Assembly (NCBI RefSeq): GCF_001194135.2
Contig: NC_068992.1
Span: forward strand, 5,917,520-5,981,376
DNA: 63,857 bases
Reading direction: 5' to 3'
Origin: Octopus bimaculoides
Lineage: Eukaryota
In this document: positions 25,431 through 38,794 of the stretch, in pieces
Layout of the letters: each line of letters opens with the position of its first letter
How positions within the stretch are numbered: the first letter of the stretch is position 1
The notes under the pieces: generated by a model
The model's database searches: none
What the model saw: only the letters and a program-made list of their open reading frames with translations
Told to the model about the DNA's origin: nothing
Position numbers and translations under genes: made by a program

Positions 25431-25599
25431 ATGTAACGACATTTTCTTAACTAAAACGCCGCCATATTAAAACTTACTTATGTCATACGTGTATCTTTCA
25501 AAGAAGATTAGAGAGATCCTAACCGACACAAGGCTTTACTTTTTTACCAATCCCGTGCTAAACTTCAATGAATTGTTTGACTAGAACTTATTAATCGTT

Positions 25600-26400
25600 G
25601 TACTGTCTTCACGGCGTAAGGTTAAATTTTATTATTCTAAAACAAGTCTACATATACTTTAATCATACAAATATATTATAAACGGGAAAGATGATTTCAC
25701 GCTTGATATTTTTTGTTTACTCCATTTGGACGTTAGCAATTATTTATAAACCTTTCACTATATCTACTTATAAAATGAGTGCCAAAATTATCTAGGAAAT
25801 TTAACTTACAATAAATTACCATTATATTGATTCTTCAATTTGCCATTTATCAAATTAGTGTTTGGTATTTTCGCCAGTGGGTTTGTATGGTTACACGAAT
25901 GATCACCATAGCTCTTCTGTTATTTAGTTCACTTTCCACATTGTCAAACCAGCTGACAAATATGCTTAGCGACTTAGATCAAACAATATGTGGATTCCCA
26001 AAATCATAAATCATCAATGTGTTAAACATAGAAATTATAATACCAACTTCTCTTCTCCATGGAAATATTGCTAACGCTAGAAGAATATTGTTTCATTAAT
26101 AATGTAAAATATTTAAATCCGATACAGAATGATAACATTGGAAATGTCAACGAGCTTTGCTACGCTTGTTATAACATCTCGGAGAAAAATAATAATTTCT
26201 CAGTTCTGATCTCCAATTCATGGGATATATCGTACAAGCTTACTCATGTCCACGTTTGTTGATGTCTTGATATCAGTATTTCGAAAATAGTTTATTCACA
26301 GTGCAGAATCACTCGTTGCTGGCAATTTGCATTTACAGGTTATGTGTAAAATACGATAATTTCAATTTCTAAAAGATGTCCGTTGATTGCTAAATAGATT
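25600..26400 (-). mobile_element. Decayed Penelope-like element RT fragment
   Basis: Minus-strand remnants in the expected order: NVDMSKLVRYIP*IG (cf. FDV..LYTNIP...G), FYV*HIDDL*FW (cf. W.RYIDD.F..W), KLNFLD (cf. L.FLD). Confidence 0.55.
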
Positions 26401-26954
26401 AATACTGAGTAATTCACTAACCGTAGGAAGATCTGAAATTCGACGATGTGTAATTTAGACCACAAGTCAGTTTGAACTAATTAGATCAATTATCAGAAGA
26501 AATAGAGACACAACAATCAATCTATTGATAGAGATAGCGGTTTGTTGGCTTCTACATAATATTTTTTTTTAAATGATTTTCAAATATACTAGAATAAGTT
26601 CATACAGAGTGATGTAGATCAGATCGCACTCGCATCCATGCACATACGTTTTTCCACACACACACACATACATACATACATACATACATGCATACACACA
26701 CATACTCACACACACACACACGCNNNNNNNNNNCATACACACACATACTCACACACACACACACGCACACACACACACACGCACACACACACACACATAC
26801 ACACACATATATACATATATATATATGTCCTTGGCACGGTTTTTACAACAACTCTGATTAGCACCGGTATCAAGCATGGCTTCAAAATGAACAAGAAATA
26901 AATAATTCTACCGCAAATATTGTGAAGAGTATATCTGTGCACGTGTACACCTTA

Positions 26955-26992
<38 letters not shown>

Positions 26993-27916
26993 TCACACAT
27001 ACATACACGCATACACACATATGACAACACACACTCACATAAACCAAACTAAATGATTGCTTGTCCATTTCTACTCCTTTACATCAAGAGTCAATTATAT
27101 CAATCAGTAGCCTTTGATTCGTATTGACCTCTAATCTATTATGAATTATGTATTATGCACGACCTTTCTGACAGATGTAGTGCTCTTTAAATTGTTATTA
27201 TTCATTCAGTCATATAAAGATGGAGAAACCAGAGAGTTGTATACAACATTAAAAGCCATTATGGCACATGGAAAGCTAATTCTCTTTCATAATTCTTCTT
27301 ATAATGCTCAGTCTACTGCTCTTAATAAATTAAAGAAACATCACATCATATATTCATTTGCTGAGATACTTGAAGTTTTGTATTAGAAGCACATACAGTC
27401 AATATAAATTATCTGACTAAAAACATAAAGATATGATATAAAATCAATATAAAATCTCCTTTAGCCTTGTATTTTCACTAATTTTATAGAACATATTAGT
27501 TAGGCTACTCATGTATGCTTCATTTTATTTTCATAATATTTATTATATATTAATCTAAATTCGCAAAATGACAAACCACTTTAAATATATTTTAAACTGG
27601 TTAGAAATTTAGATATCAAAGATAGATTTCTGATTCAGTATTACGTAAGACTCTAAAGGGATTTCAGTGGTTGAAACATTGAAAATTAAAGTATATTCAG
27701 TATAAAGTACACAGGAGAGTATTTCGAGATTATATTTTTACTGTTGTTGGTTAGTGATATAAAAAGAAAAGGCTATTAAGTATTAGGTAACTAGACATTA
27801 ATGGAACATTAGCAATAACTGTACGGATTATAGTAAATCATATACATTCTTCTGGAAGATAATATTTATTTTTATTCTATTCGATATTAATCGTAAAGAA
27901 TTCATCTCTCGAGACA

Positions 27917-27918
<2 letters not shown>

Positions 27919-27996
<78 letters not shown>

Positions 27997-28199
27997 NNNN
28001 NNNNNNNNNNNNNNNNNNNNNNNNNNNNNNNNNNNNNNNNNNNNNNNNNNNNNNNNNNNNNNNNNNNNNNNNNNNNNNNNNNNNNNNNNNNNNNNNNNNN
28101 NNNNNNNNNNNNNNNNNNNNNNNNNNTAGCTAGCTAGCTAGCTAGACAGACAGACAGACACACAGACACAGAGACACACAGACAGACAGACAGACAGAC

Positions 28200-28243
<44 letters not shown>
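27919..28243. repeat. (AT)n(AG)n, gap, then (TAGC)n(AGAC)n(GATA)n compound microsatellite
   Basis: Read directly. Confidence 0.95.
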
Positions 28244-28435
28244 GTGATTTGCCTGAGACTGCGTGATTTCGGCATAGCTGCAAAACTTGGAAAGTGGTTA
28301 CATGACATTCTGAAAGATAGAAGTCAAGCAGTAGTGGCCAATGGAGCTAACCCTATTTTTTTGTTTCATGGATTTTGGGGTTTTAGGGATTATATTACAA
28401 AGGACTAAAAAGTGCAAATATACAAGTATATATAC

Positions 28436-28562
28436 ACAACTGGTACTTAATTCATCGATCCCGAAAGAATGAAAAGCAAAAATCGACATCAGTGGAATTT
28501 GCACTCAGAACATAAAGATAGACAAAATAACGCTAAGCATTTCGCCCGACGTTCTGACGTTT
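28436..28562 (-). mobile_element. SINE family C, older partial copy
   Basis: Colinear with 28656-28785: ggtacttaattcatcgatcc..gaaag.at.aaa, ggaattt..actcagaa, cgctaagcatttcgc. Confidence 0.9.
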
Positions 28563-28565
28563 CTC

Positions 28566-28798
28566 ATATCTTTATTGCCCACAGGGGGCTAAACATAGAA
28601 GGAACAAACAAGGACCGACAAAGGGATTAAGTCGATTACATCGACCCCAGTGCGTAATTGGTACTTAATTCATCGATCCTGAAAGGATAAAAGTCAAAGT
28701 CGACCTCGGCGGAATTTGAACTCAGAATCTAAAGGCAGACGAAATACCGCTAAGCATTTCGCTCGGTGTGCTAACGTTTCTGCCAGCTCGCCGCCCTT
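28566..28798 (-). mobile_element. SINE family C, near full-length (tRNA-like head, Nin/Deu-like central domain)
   Basis: The reverse complement begins ggcggcgagctggcagaaacgttagcac...ctgagttcaaattccgcc (A-box/B-box-like). It continues ttttatcctttcaggatcgatgaattaagtacc...ggggtcgatgtaatcgac and ends in gggcaataaaga. Confidence 0.9.
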
Positions 28799-30739
28799 AC
28801 ATGAAATGCTTAGCGTAATACCTGATCAGGATAGCAAAAAACGACGTTTACACATATATACAACAATTTCAGTTGACAGTGGACATGTAATTAAAACATC
28901 TTCCTTGCGAAGCAAATGTCTTTGGGTCGGTTGATTGCTGATGTGAATAAATTACGTTAAGACATATATTAACGAGTAACTGCTAAACTTTGAGACACCT
29001 CTTAATCAGGTACTTTTTCGTTGTTTACAAGAATATGACGTCATGTCTACTTATAAGCTAAAAATGACACTTACTGATGATCTCAGAGGAAATTTCCATT
29101 TACAAAGCAGTGTCTCTGTCGTGTCTTTGATCACTGTTTCGTCTTTTTTATTAGTACAATTTGTAATAACTCTCATCGTTAGAAAAATGTTATTAAATCC
29201 CCATGATAAAATCAATTAAAACATGGTTGTGCTTTTCCCTCCACTTCCGATTAATAACATTCGATTCCTGGAGTTTTTAAACTTAAAATCATTTAGCTAT
29301 AATGTAATTGCCAAGTCTTTGTATTTATTTTATCTTGGAATTATAAAAGCTTATCTCAACCCTTGGAGTGATTAATTTTTTTCAAAACCCTGCACTGCAA
29401 GCTAAATGTTCATTATCGAATTTGTGTATTCATGCTGCCGCACGCATATTTAAATAATAAAAAATTAAATCAGCTTAACTAGCATTTTTAATCATAGTTT
29501 TACGCCAATAATAGCACTCTTTCTGTTTTTTAACCTTCTCTACACAGACGCCTTCTACACATCCACTAAACACACACTACTTTTATTATCAATAATGTCA
29601 TCGGAAGCAGGCTTCAATGTGGATATGAAAACCAAGCCTTTTTGAACAGTACAAAGTATAATTCAGACATAAACTGTCTTTTACATCGTATTGTTTAGTG
29701 AAGAATAAACATTTCCAAGTTTCAATGTCAATGCAGAAGTTAAATTTCGCTGTCTCTGACTATCACTCATTGCTCCTCTTTGTAATTTTTAGCGTCGAAA
29801 GATATCCCATGATGTAGAATTCCATTTGGAATGTCAGAGGTTAAAGGACTGCTGAAATTATCCATGAACACACAGGAAATTTAGGAATTTGACTCACCCC
29901 AATTATTGAATCACCATCACGCTTCAGTTAATAGACATCCATATGCATTTTTCATCTTAATTTCCGTTTCACCAATAGAATGACATCTACGTACTGTACC
30001 TAATATCCCGAAAACTAAACTGAAATCTTACCCAGTACCGAAATTGAAAGACAGCGCACCAAAAACTTACCCAAGTTTCAACAGAAATGCTGCTCTCTGA
30101 AATATTCTTCGCCTCCTTAGTTTTGTCTTGAAATACGAAAGCTGTCATCAATTACTCTCTTAAATATACTGAACATGAAATCGTTCCAAAGCGAAATTCT
30201 TTATAAAAGCACTTGAAGTGTAAAAGTTTAATATCCGCAGAATATATACTGCTTCTTCAGTCCATGTGTTTACTGTAAACGAAGTTATACAAGAAGACCT
30301 AGTACTCCTTTTATTGTTTAACGATAGAGTCCTAATTAAAGAAATCCATTGGCAAGATTTCCAGCAATTATGACGGTTATTTTATCACTGAAATTACTTA
30401 AGGCTATAGACAAAGAAATTAGTTAAAGCAGGGACAAAGATAGTAAGCAAAGCAGAAAAAAATAGCGGTCATCTTTCCATCTACATATTTCTAATACATA
30501 TGCGCTTTCATTTTCACAGAATATTAACAATCACAATTGTGACGACAATTCGGACGTACAAGGAAGAAATAAATTAAACATTGTGTAGATTCGCTAATTC
30601 AGTAGATTTAATTTTTTACTGTGCCAACTGTTTCTACGTTTGTTTTCTGTTAACACTAAAATGAGAACACTAACATTTCAGAAGAAAAAGAAACATAAGA
30701 GGAAGGAGAATGGATCTTTTCAACTGTCGTATTCGTATG

Positions 30740-31720
30740 ACAAAATAATTGATAATAGATGTGATGAATGGAGATAAATCCTTATTTCTTAAAGCTACTT
30801 TGTGTAAGACCATTCCGCTTTCTAAGAAATTTAAAGGAACCATGGTCTAATAGATGAATATATACATGATTCAAAAACATTTTATTTGAAGGCGCAGCAG
30901 CTATTGAGAAATGATTTTTGAAATTCACGGTTGATGATTCTTTTTAACTGCATGTGTTTGATGTATTACAGAAAATGAATGAATATAGCTTTCTTTGATG
31001 TCATTGAAAGAATCATTTGATGTACAGAGGATCACAAGAGGAATTGTTTGTTGTCCTATTTTGTGAGTGGATGACAAAATAAAAGTTCCAGTTAACAAAT
31101 CCTTAGATGGAACAATGCATCTTGAAATTCGTTTGAATTACAGAACCCAGGATACAACAATCATCCCTTGAATAAAGTTAAGTTGAATCTACAAGGACTG
31201 ATGTACTGTAAATAATTTAATGACTAAAATGTCAGTGTGAAATTTCTGAGTACAGTTGCACACAAAATGGTCGAACACTTTAAAAATTGGTTCCTCAATA
31301 ATAACGTATCCTCCAAGGAAAAGGCAAAATAGTTTTAGAGGATACTTACATTAGGAGGATTTTACTATGAACAGACATCAATGACGATGAAAACAGTCAT
31401 TTTTAACATAATGTTCTTGAAAACTTGAAACCTAATTAGCCTAATGACAGCACCGGAATATTATCCCATCGTCTGTCGAATTCCTTATTCCATCTAAGAT
31501 ACTAATTGTCATGACAGTAAAACATATCGAGAATTTTGGGGAAAAATTGTAAACTGTGCATGGTGCACACTCCTCGAAAATAGCAGTGTTCGGGTGAATA
31601 TCTTGTATTCCATTCTATGTTGGATATGTATACCTTATGCTAAACATCGATGAACTTGACGATTAGTTAAGAAGATTTAAAGTAGAAATTTACTTAGAGA
31701 TAATATAAAACAGAATTATT
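30740..31720 (+). mobile_element. Decayed hAT (Charlie/Buster-like) transposase C-terminal remnant
   Basis: Remnants in the expected order: KLLCVRPFRFL (cf. LLLHTEVRWLS), HVFDVLQKMNE (cf. YL.DIF..LNE), YREFWGKI (cf. ..FW..V), CIPFYVGYVY (cf. L.PF.TTYLC), LRRFKVE (cf. RNRL.VE). Heavily disrupted. Confidence 0.5.
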
Positions 31721-32329
31721 AATATTTCTAAGTCTCTCTAAAGGCTTGGCGATAACTATTAATATAAAACAATTGTCAAGCAATCCTTCTTTGATTCTGC
31801 TCTCACATATAAAATGTTTGTTTAATCGATATTTATCAAACTACAATTATACAATCTGAAAACATAACATTTTTCTAGAAATTTTCATTGATACATTTAA
31901 AAATAAGGTCATCGCTGTTTTAAGCTCTCAGTCCATGATACTACAACGATGTGATTCTCATTATTTTGGTCAAAATCATCTTGAGGTAGCAATAAATGTC
32001 CTCTCTCGTGATGTTGATTTTGTTATATGTGATCCAAGTTCAGAAATACACTTCATATTTGCAGTGTCGAACACGCCAGGCCTCTAACGTACCGTAGAAG
32101 CAGAGAGATGGATGATTTTTAGTCAAGTCATATATATTTATCATATTATACATAATAGACATAGAATCTGAATTGACCTAGCAAATATGGGAAATTTTAG
32201 AATTTTACAGACTTCTCGAGTTGTTTATTACGTTAGATTTCAAATCGTGAACTCTTACCAATTTTCACTATTTGGTGAGACTGAAAACGTCAGTATAATG
32301 AGATCTCACAGAATGGTCATATATAAATA

Positions 32330-33020
32330 TTCCGATTTTGAGCCGGCAACAGTATAAGACGTCTTCATTAAGTATTTGTTCATTTCAAAGCAAGCATTTC
32401 TAAGACGAAATGTAGCTGTGATGGTCACTACATGTTCCCTATAAACAATGAGAAGAGTGAGCAATGAATAAAGTCAATCGGTTGTATACCGTTTCAATGA
32501 CATTGTCAGCTCTACGTTTCTGAGGAGGAGCTGATAATGGAATAAGCTCTGATAGTCTTCAAAATGCGTTTTCTAAATCTTGAAATTCACTGCGACAAAA
32601 TTTTGCAGGAAAAGAAGAAATAAGCTTGTGAGGAAACTGAAGATTCAATAAAGAAACAAATACGACAAAGTACAAAAGAAAGTCAAGTGCATACGTGGGG
32701 ATCGTGCAACCTTGCAGGAAAAGATACATTGAACTTCAGAATGCAAAGGGGTTATAAGAAGATAAGCTAAACTCGTGTTCAAAATTAGCAACAATTAATG
32801 CTGCGATAAAAAAAAAAAAGATGCTAGAACAAAGTTCGATGCGAAGCTCTCAAAGGATATTTCCAGTGTACCTTCAGAAGTTTCATGTACCTTCCATGTG
32901 ACGTTAATCGAGGAGGTTTAAGGTAGATTGGAGAAAGAAATGACAAATTTCAAGTTGAATAAAGCTAGTGAAACGGGGACGACTTGGGAAATCTACCTGA
33001 GATATATGTCTGTGAAATAT
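32330..33020 (+). mobile_element. Decayed RTE-like LINE remnant (endonuclease end to pre-RT)
   Basis: KYLFISKQAFLRRNV (cf. DYIL.RK) and VTLIEEV...KLNKASE (cf. IT.EEV....MK.NKA.GPD). Weak and possibly interrupted by another repeat near 32470-32565. Confidence 0.35.
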
Positions 33021-34688
33021 AGGATTAAATATAAATAATGTGGAATGTCACTTTCTTCGTTTTAAATGAAACCCCTTAAAATATTTTTCCCGAAAAAGTT
33101 TATAACTCCAAACAAAACGTCAGTAGTTACAATACATCTAGAAATGCCCCATGTTAACGAAAACGTATTTGGTCCTAAACTGAACGGTTGAGACACAAGA
33201 GTTCATTGTGAATAATATTTATATAACATGAATTGATAGGCCTCAGAAAAACAGAAGTATGACTGCCTAATATAGTGTTCTGTTGCATTTTATTGAATGC
33301 GCAACTGATGTTGTTCTTCAGCAACCATCTGGAGTTTTACATTAAATCATAAATAAGTGGTACGTGACACATTTACCAAGGTGCATATATATATATATAT
33401 ATACAAATATATATGTATATGAATACATATACCTATTTCGCCCTCGCACTCTCCTTTACATACACGCACACACACACACACACACACACTCGAACACATA
33501 TGCATGTATGCATGTACGTATAATACACCATTTTCATGTCTTTTAAGCATTTATGAAAATATTTATTCGATCTCGAGATCATGCTTTACACTGTATCTGG
33601 CACCATCTCATAGATGGTTACTTAATTAAAATTGATATCCTTTCGATAAAATTAAGCAGGATACTGCATATTGAATTTTACATTAATCTATGCTGACCCA
33701 TATTCAAGAGAAAAATTTTCACGATATGCATTAATTAATGGGCTTCAATTAATATTGAAAATAATCAAAAAATGTCAGTAACTTATGTAAAATAATTGTT
33801 ATTTTGGTATTAATTATATTAAAGAGATAAATGAAAAGATTCTAACATAAAAGCAAAAATGCACATTTTTTAATTCAAACCGGAGATACTAATGGAAATG
33901 GATTTCATAGAACAAGAGGCAGTCGTCGGATGGTTAGAATAGAAAGCATGAATTCCATACCGTGATGCAAATATATTATTTCGAGAATAAACGATGAAGA
34001 GTTAGGGATAATTTATAAACGCTACGTAATTAGTGTTACATGACACAACAGCCTTAATGTTGCACTCATAGGTAAAAGAAAACACCAGAGCACAACAAAA
34101 TTGCAAGAATAACTAATATCTAATTATATTACATGCAAGGTTACCTAGTCACATGGCCATTTTCAACTAAGATCAAAATATTCTTAGAATCTCATCCAAA
34201 TGTTTTAAAAAGGAAACCTCTCCACTCAGAAGGACGCATGCCAAGAAACATTATATTTTAAATAAAGAGGATATCTGGATTGAAATATTCGCTTTGTTTG
34301 CTGAGGGATATTGTGCAAATTGTTCAACAATATGAATCGACTCAGAGAACAACATGAACCGAAATCGGTAAATTTTTTGTCAGTTTGAGTACATCATTGA
34401 ATAATACTTCTACCTATTCCAATATTTAGTATTTTTTTCTTTATTGATCTCGGATTATTGAAATGTTAAATCCATCACAAATAGAACTTATTTTATGAAT
34501 ATATTCAAGTAAATACAATAAAACAAGTTCTTCGGTACTCCATAAATTCTTCTAAGGTGGAGCTTTCGAATATCTTCTAGAACATGTTTACACTATATTC
34601 CATATATGTATATATATATGTATATTCTCAATAAAATGTAAAGCATTGTCATTGCTATCAGGAATAAGACAATTATGAATGATCATTA

Positions 34689-34780
34689 ATGTAAATATTC
34701 TTTCTACCCTAGGCACAAGGCCCGAAATGTTTTGAACTCAGAATGTAAAGAACTATTTGATAACCCCAACCTCGTAAGCA
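34689..34780 (-). mobile_element. SINE family C-related copy, internally deleted
   Basis: aatattctttctaccctaggcacaaggcccgaaat is fused directly to tttgaactcagaatgtaaag; the latter matches 28717-28735. Confidence 0.55.
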
Positions 34781-35467
34781 TTCTATTTATGACAGCAAAT
34801 AATGAAATATTTTCCAATATTAAATATGTTGAAACTGAGTTCTCGGCTGCTGGAATATTGATGACACAACATACTTATAAGTAAATAAATGAAATAATGC
34901 GTGGGAAATCTTCTATTTATCTGAGAGAAACCATGAAAATGCAAGCCATATCTATACTTTAGATAAATGAAAATTGTATTCTTATCTAGCCTCATACAAA
35001 TTTATCCCAAGTTAAAATATTTCGTAAAAACATAATCAAATATTGGTGAGAATCAATAATATCAGCTATCAAACTTTAATCCTCTGTTATCTCAAGATTT
35101 ATCAATGTTACATCTTATCAGTTACAGAACGATACAAATAAAGATGTAGTTGGCTATGACTGGGGTATATTCTTCTGAATTATATACTATCACGAGCAGG
35201 TAAAATGGAATCATCGCAAAGTTCAGCCAATTCGATAACTTTATGGCATTATATATTGCAAAGTAAAGATTATTAGATGGACAAAGATAAGATATTATAG
35301 TAAGTTTCTAAAGAATGTTATTGAATCAATTCATTTTTGAGGGTCTATCAAACAATAATATGATAATTCAAGTTAACGACCCAACCGAATAATTTAGCAC
35401 TGAACTCATTTATACATCTTTCGTTTTCTAACATTTCACATTTCACTAAACTTTTGTAGGGTATCTT

Positions 35468-35692
35468 TTAGATTTTCTACTCATTAGATCGCGGCCATGC
35501 TAGGACAAGCTTGAGTTTTTGTTTTAGTCACACGAATCATCGTCGATACGTATTTCTTAAGACCTGCTACGTATTGGAGCAATCTCTTTTGCAGAACCGC
35601 TATTTTATGAAGAGGTAAACACACCAAAATTTCAATGTCAAGCAGTAGTGAGGCACAAACGCACACACGAAGACAAAACGCACGCGCGCTCA

Positions 35693-35726
<34 letters not shown>

Positions 35727-35800
35727 TACTCGCACACATACATATATATGTACACACATAAACACATGCCGAAAGCTTTTTACCGAATATCTAGTGGCAT
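35468..35800 (-). mobile_element. SINE family A, degenerate copy with internal (CA)n
   Basis: gcggccatgcta...gaaccgcta...gtaaacacaccaa...tgtcaagc.gt.gtg.gg is colinear with 61210-61372. Confidence 0.8.
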
Positions 35801-36239
35801 TGAATAGATATGTGATTGCTGGCAACCCAACAGTTTTGCGACTAAGATATACTATCAGGTTTACAAGTCAATATTTTGCCTCTTACCATTTATTAGCAGT
35901 GAGATACATTTTTACTTTTTAGTTCATCTCAATATATTTCATATAGAATTCAAATCCAGCATTGCAAGCTGCGTAAACGATGCAATAGAAGATTAATAAC
36001 ATAGTGGATCGCTGTACAAGTATATGCCATGTGCATAGTGTATATGCATAACATCCATGTTTTTGTATTTTCGACTGTTTTGTATACATAATTGTGTATT
36101 TAGATGCGCAATTGTTTACGAAATCTCATAACTTGCCGTGCGGGCTGTAAGTTCTGTTAGCGATGTATAGCAATAAAGTTATAAGGTATGACTAGATAGA
36201 TGGCGTGAGCATAAACACTGACCTACTAGTACACCTCTG

Positions 36240-36910
36240 ATGGGTGGATGACAGCGTATTCCTCTCGGAAAGCAAATCAGTTGCAGTCCATGATGACAGA
36301 ACTGAGCATCCATAGTTCATATGTAGATCCTAAATTAAAATAAACCTCATGCAAACAAAATGTGGCCTGAAGATGCAGCAGAAAACTGAATAGAAGAAAG
36401 AAAAAAGAAATCGAATATGTAAAGGAATACATATACCTAGAACACACAGTGAATATGTACCGAAACATGCATGCTACAATCTCGGTGAGAGTATAAATAG
36501 GATGGAAGGTGCTTACTTCAACAAAGGTTGTGCTCAAAGCACAGCTTGACAAAGCTAAACGTTTTCATTGTAGCGCTTTATCTGCGCAGTAGCTAGGTAC
36601 CGCAATGAAGGAAGAACATCGATTGGACACGAAGCAAAGATACCTGGAAGTCTCTTGTGTGATCAATGAAGTAATTCGAGAACTTAGTGGGTTAAATACG
36701 TAATCGCTGTATACTGAATGCAGAAATCCCTTGGAGGTGGGGATGTGCCACAGGTGGAGAAAAAGCTGTTGCCGACTGGTAACCAAGAGATCGGAAAAGG
36801 ACTCTTGGTATGCCTCAATGAAGATGGACAGGCGATTTAGCTAAAAGATTGTGGACAAGATGGAAAAGGATGGCGCAGATGAAAAAAAATTGTGACCGTC
36901 GATGTACAGC
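36240..36910 (+). mobile_element. RTE/BovB-like LINE 3' fragment
   Basis: Remnants: NQLQSMMTEL, IEYVKEYIYLEH (cf. IE.V..Y.YLG), IGWKVL (cf. .GW.AF), VADW*PRDRKRTLGMPQ*RWTGDL (cf. W.PR..KR..GRP..RW.D). Confidence 0.8.
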
Positions 36911-38759
36911 AGAATCCGATCGGCTGGGCGATACAAATGATAACGTTTTCATAACCCACTATTGATATGAATTTTGCACTAATTAATTTCACAGTATTAG
37001 GTACATGAAGGCAATTTAAAGATAGCGCATTGTAAAAATAATAAATTAGATTTAGTTTCCGGTTTCACGAAATATTGTTAAGTTTCTAGATTCATAATTC
37101 ATTAATATTAATCTATCAATAATAAGGTTTGGATTTAAGATTTATATAAGGCAACTCAGAGAATCATACTTATTAAGCAGTCGATTGAATATTTCAATAA
37201 GTTACAGGATTTCTTGATTATGTGGAATAAATTAGCAGATATGTTGATAATGGATCATGGCTGTAAAAGTGTTGGAAGTAAAAGAGATTGCAATCGGCAG
37301 ACAACTGGCCGCTCAATCTTAGCTGTTACAATCTGTATCACCTACAGACTCACCGATTTCTATCTTAACATCATCGCATCTTATCACACAACATGCACAC
37401 TAGATTTCGCACCTCCTTTGCTCTCGTTATTTGAAACTGAATTACTTCACACTGAATGTGTGGCCTTTGTATTATTAACATTTTTACCTCCTATGCGCAT
37501 TACAGTAGAATTAAAGTATTCGAAACAGCGGTTACAATGTTTCCATCCTTTAGCATATCGTACAAGGGCTTTATAAATTTATTCTTTTACTTTGTAACTT
37601 ATATTTTCTATAAATTTAATACACACCACTACTGAATAGCCGTCACTTGTACAAAATTTGTTCCTCATTTTTCATGAGAATGTTAGAACAGATATTTGCC
37701 ATAAAATAACACAGATACGCAGTCCTATTGAATCAACACCACTCATTATTTTCCTTGCGTAAGAAGGTATCTCGCAATTTGTTCGTCGCGCTGAAACTTT
37801 AAAGATAATAAAAGTTAAAGTTATTAGTAATGAACTACTTTGTATATGTTAAATATGTTTCACCAGTATTATCTGCGGAGTATCACTACTTTCTACAGGA
37901 AACAACCAGCCAGTGATAAATGCATAACTATATTTTCTTCGGTAAAATATCATGCATTTTATATTAAATGTTTATATCCACGGGTATTCGTGCGCGCCTG
38001 TGCGTGTGTATGTATGTCTATGTATAACGCAATATCGCCGAAGAATGTGACGAGTGAATAAAAATTCACAGTGAGATTCTGTTTATTTTGTTCTGTTTGC
38101 CAGTAATGTAAGTACTTCGCTCTTTTTAAAATAGTTGCCGATAAAACACTTTACAGACGAAAATCGGGAGCAGAAATAATAAGCTGTCTTTCAGAGCGTG
38201 ACGGTATTTCAAATAATAAAACGTGATAATGTATCATTATCATCAAAGAATTAATAATAGAAAAATATATTCATGGTTAAACAATCTGAACGGATAAACA
38301 ACGAATTTAGCTGATATCCTTCTAACAGGACTGGATACACATGTGTGATGACTAAGATGTTTGTTAAATCGAACGCAGTACTTATATAATAAGCCGTTTC
38401 GTGTACTCAGGAAGCATGAGTAGATATCAAATAAGAAGAATATTCAAGCCTGGTAACTAAACAACGAGGGCATGCTTTGGGATGCTATAAAGATTGTTCA
38501 AGCTGAATGATACATCAATTAACAATTACCTCACTTTTAAACTGTCTAATGCATGACATATTACGCTTATGCTATGGAGTTTTCTCATTTCTCATTTATT
38601 TTGTCAGTGAAATTTCATGCATGATTTCATTCCAAGCAGGAACATCTTTTGAGAATTGGCAAATGAAACATTGGATTGTTATGAATGTAGCTAAAATGCA
38701 ACATGGATTTCTATGTAATATACAAATGATGTATCTGTGCGTGTATATGTATATATATA

Positions 38760-38794
<35 letters not shown>

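Noticed and set aside
26691-26766. Identical 33-nt direct repeat on both sides of a 10-N gap
   Set aside because: Typical unmerged contig overlap, so an assembly artefact rather than a biological duplication.
29074-29100. ctgatga...gaaa hammerhead-like words
   Set aside because: Stem II would be only 2 bp and no stem I is present. Other ctgatga hits (8405, 42587, 43815) also lack the fold.
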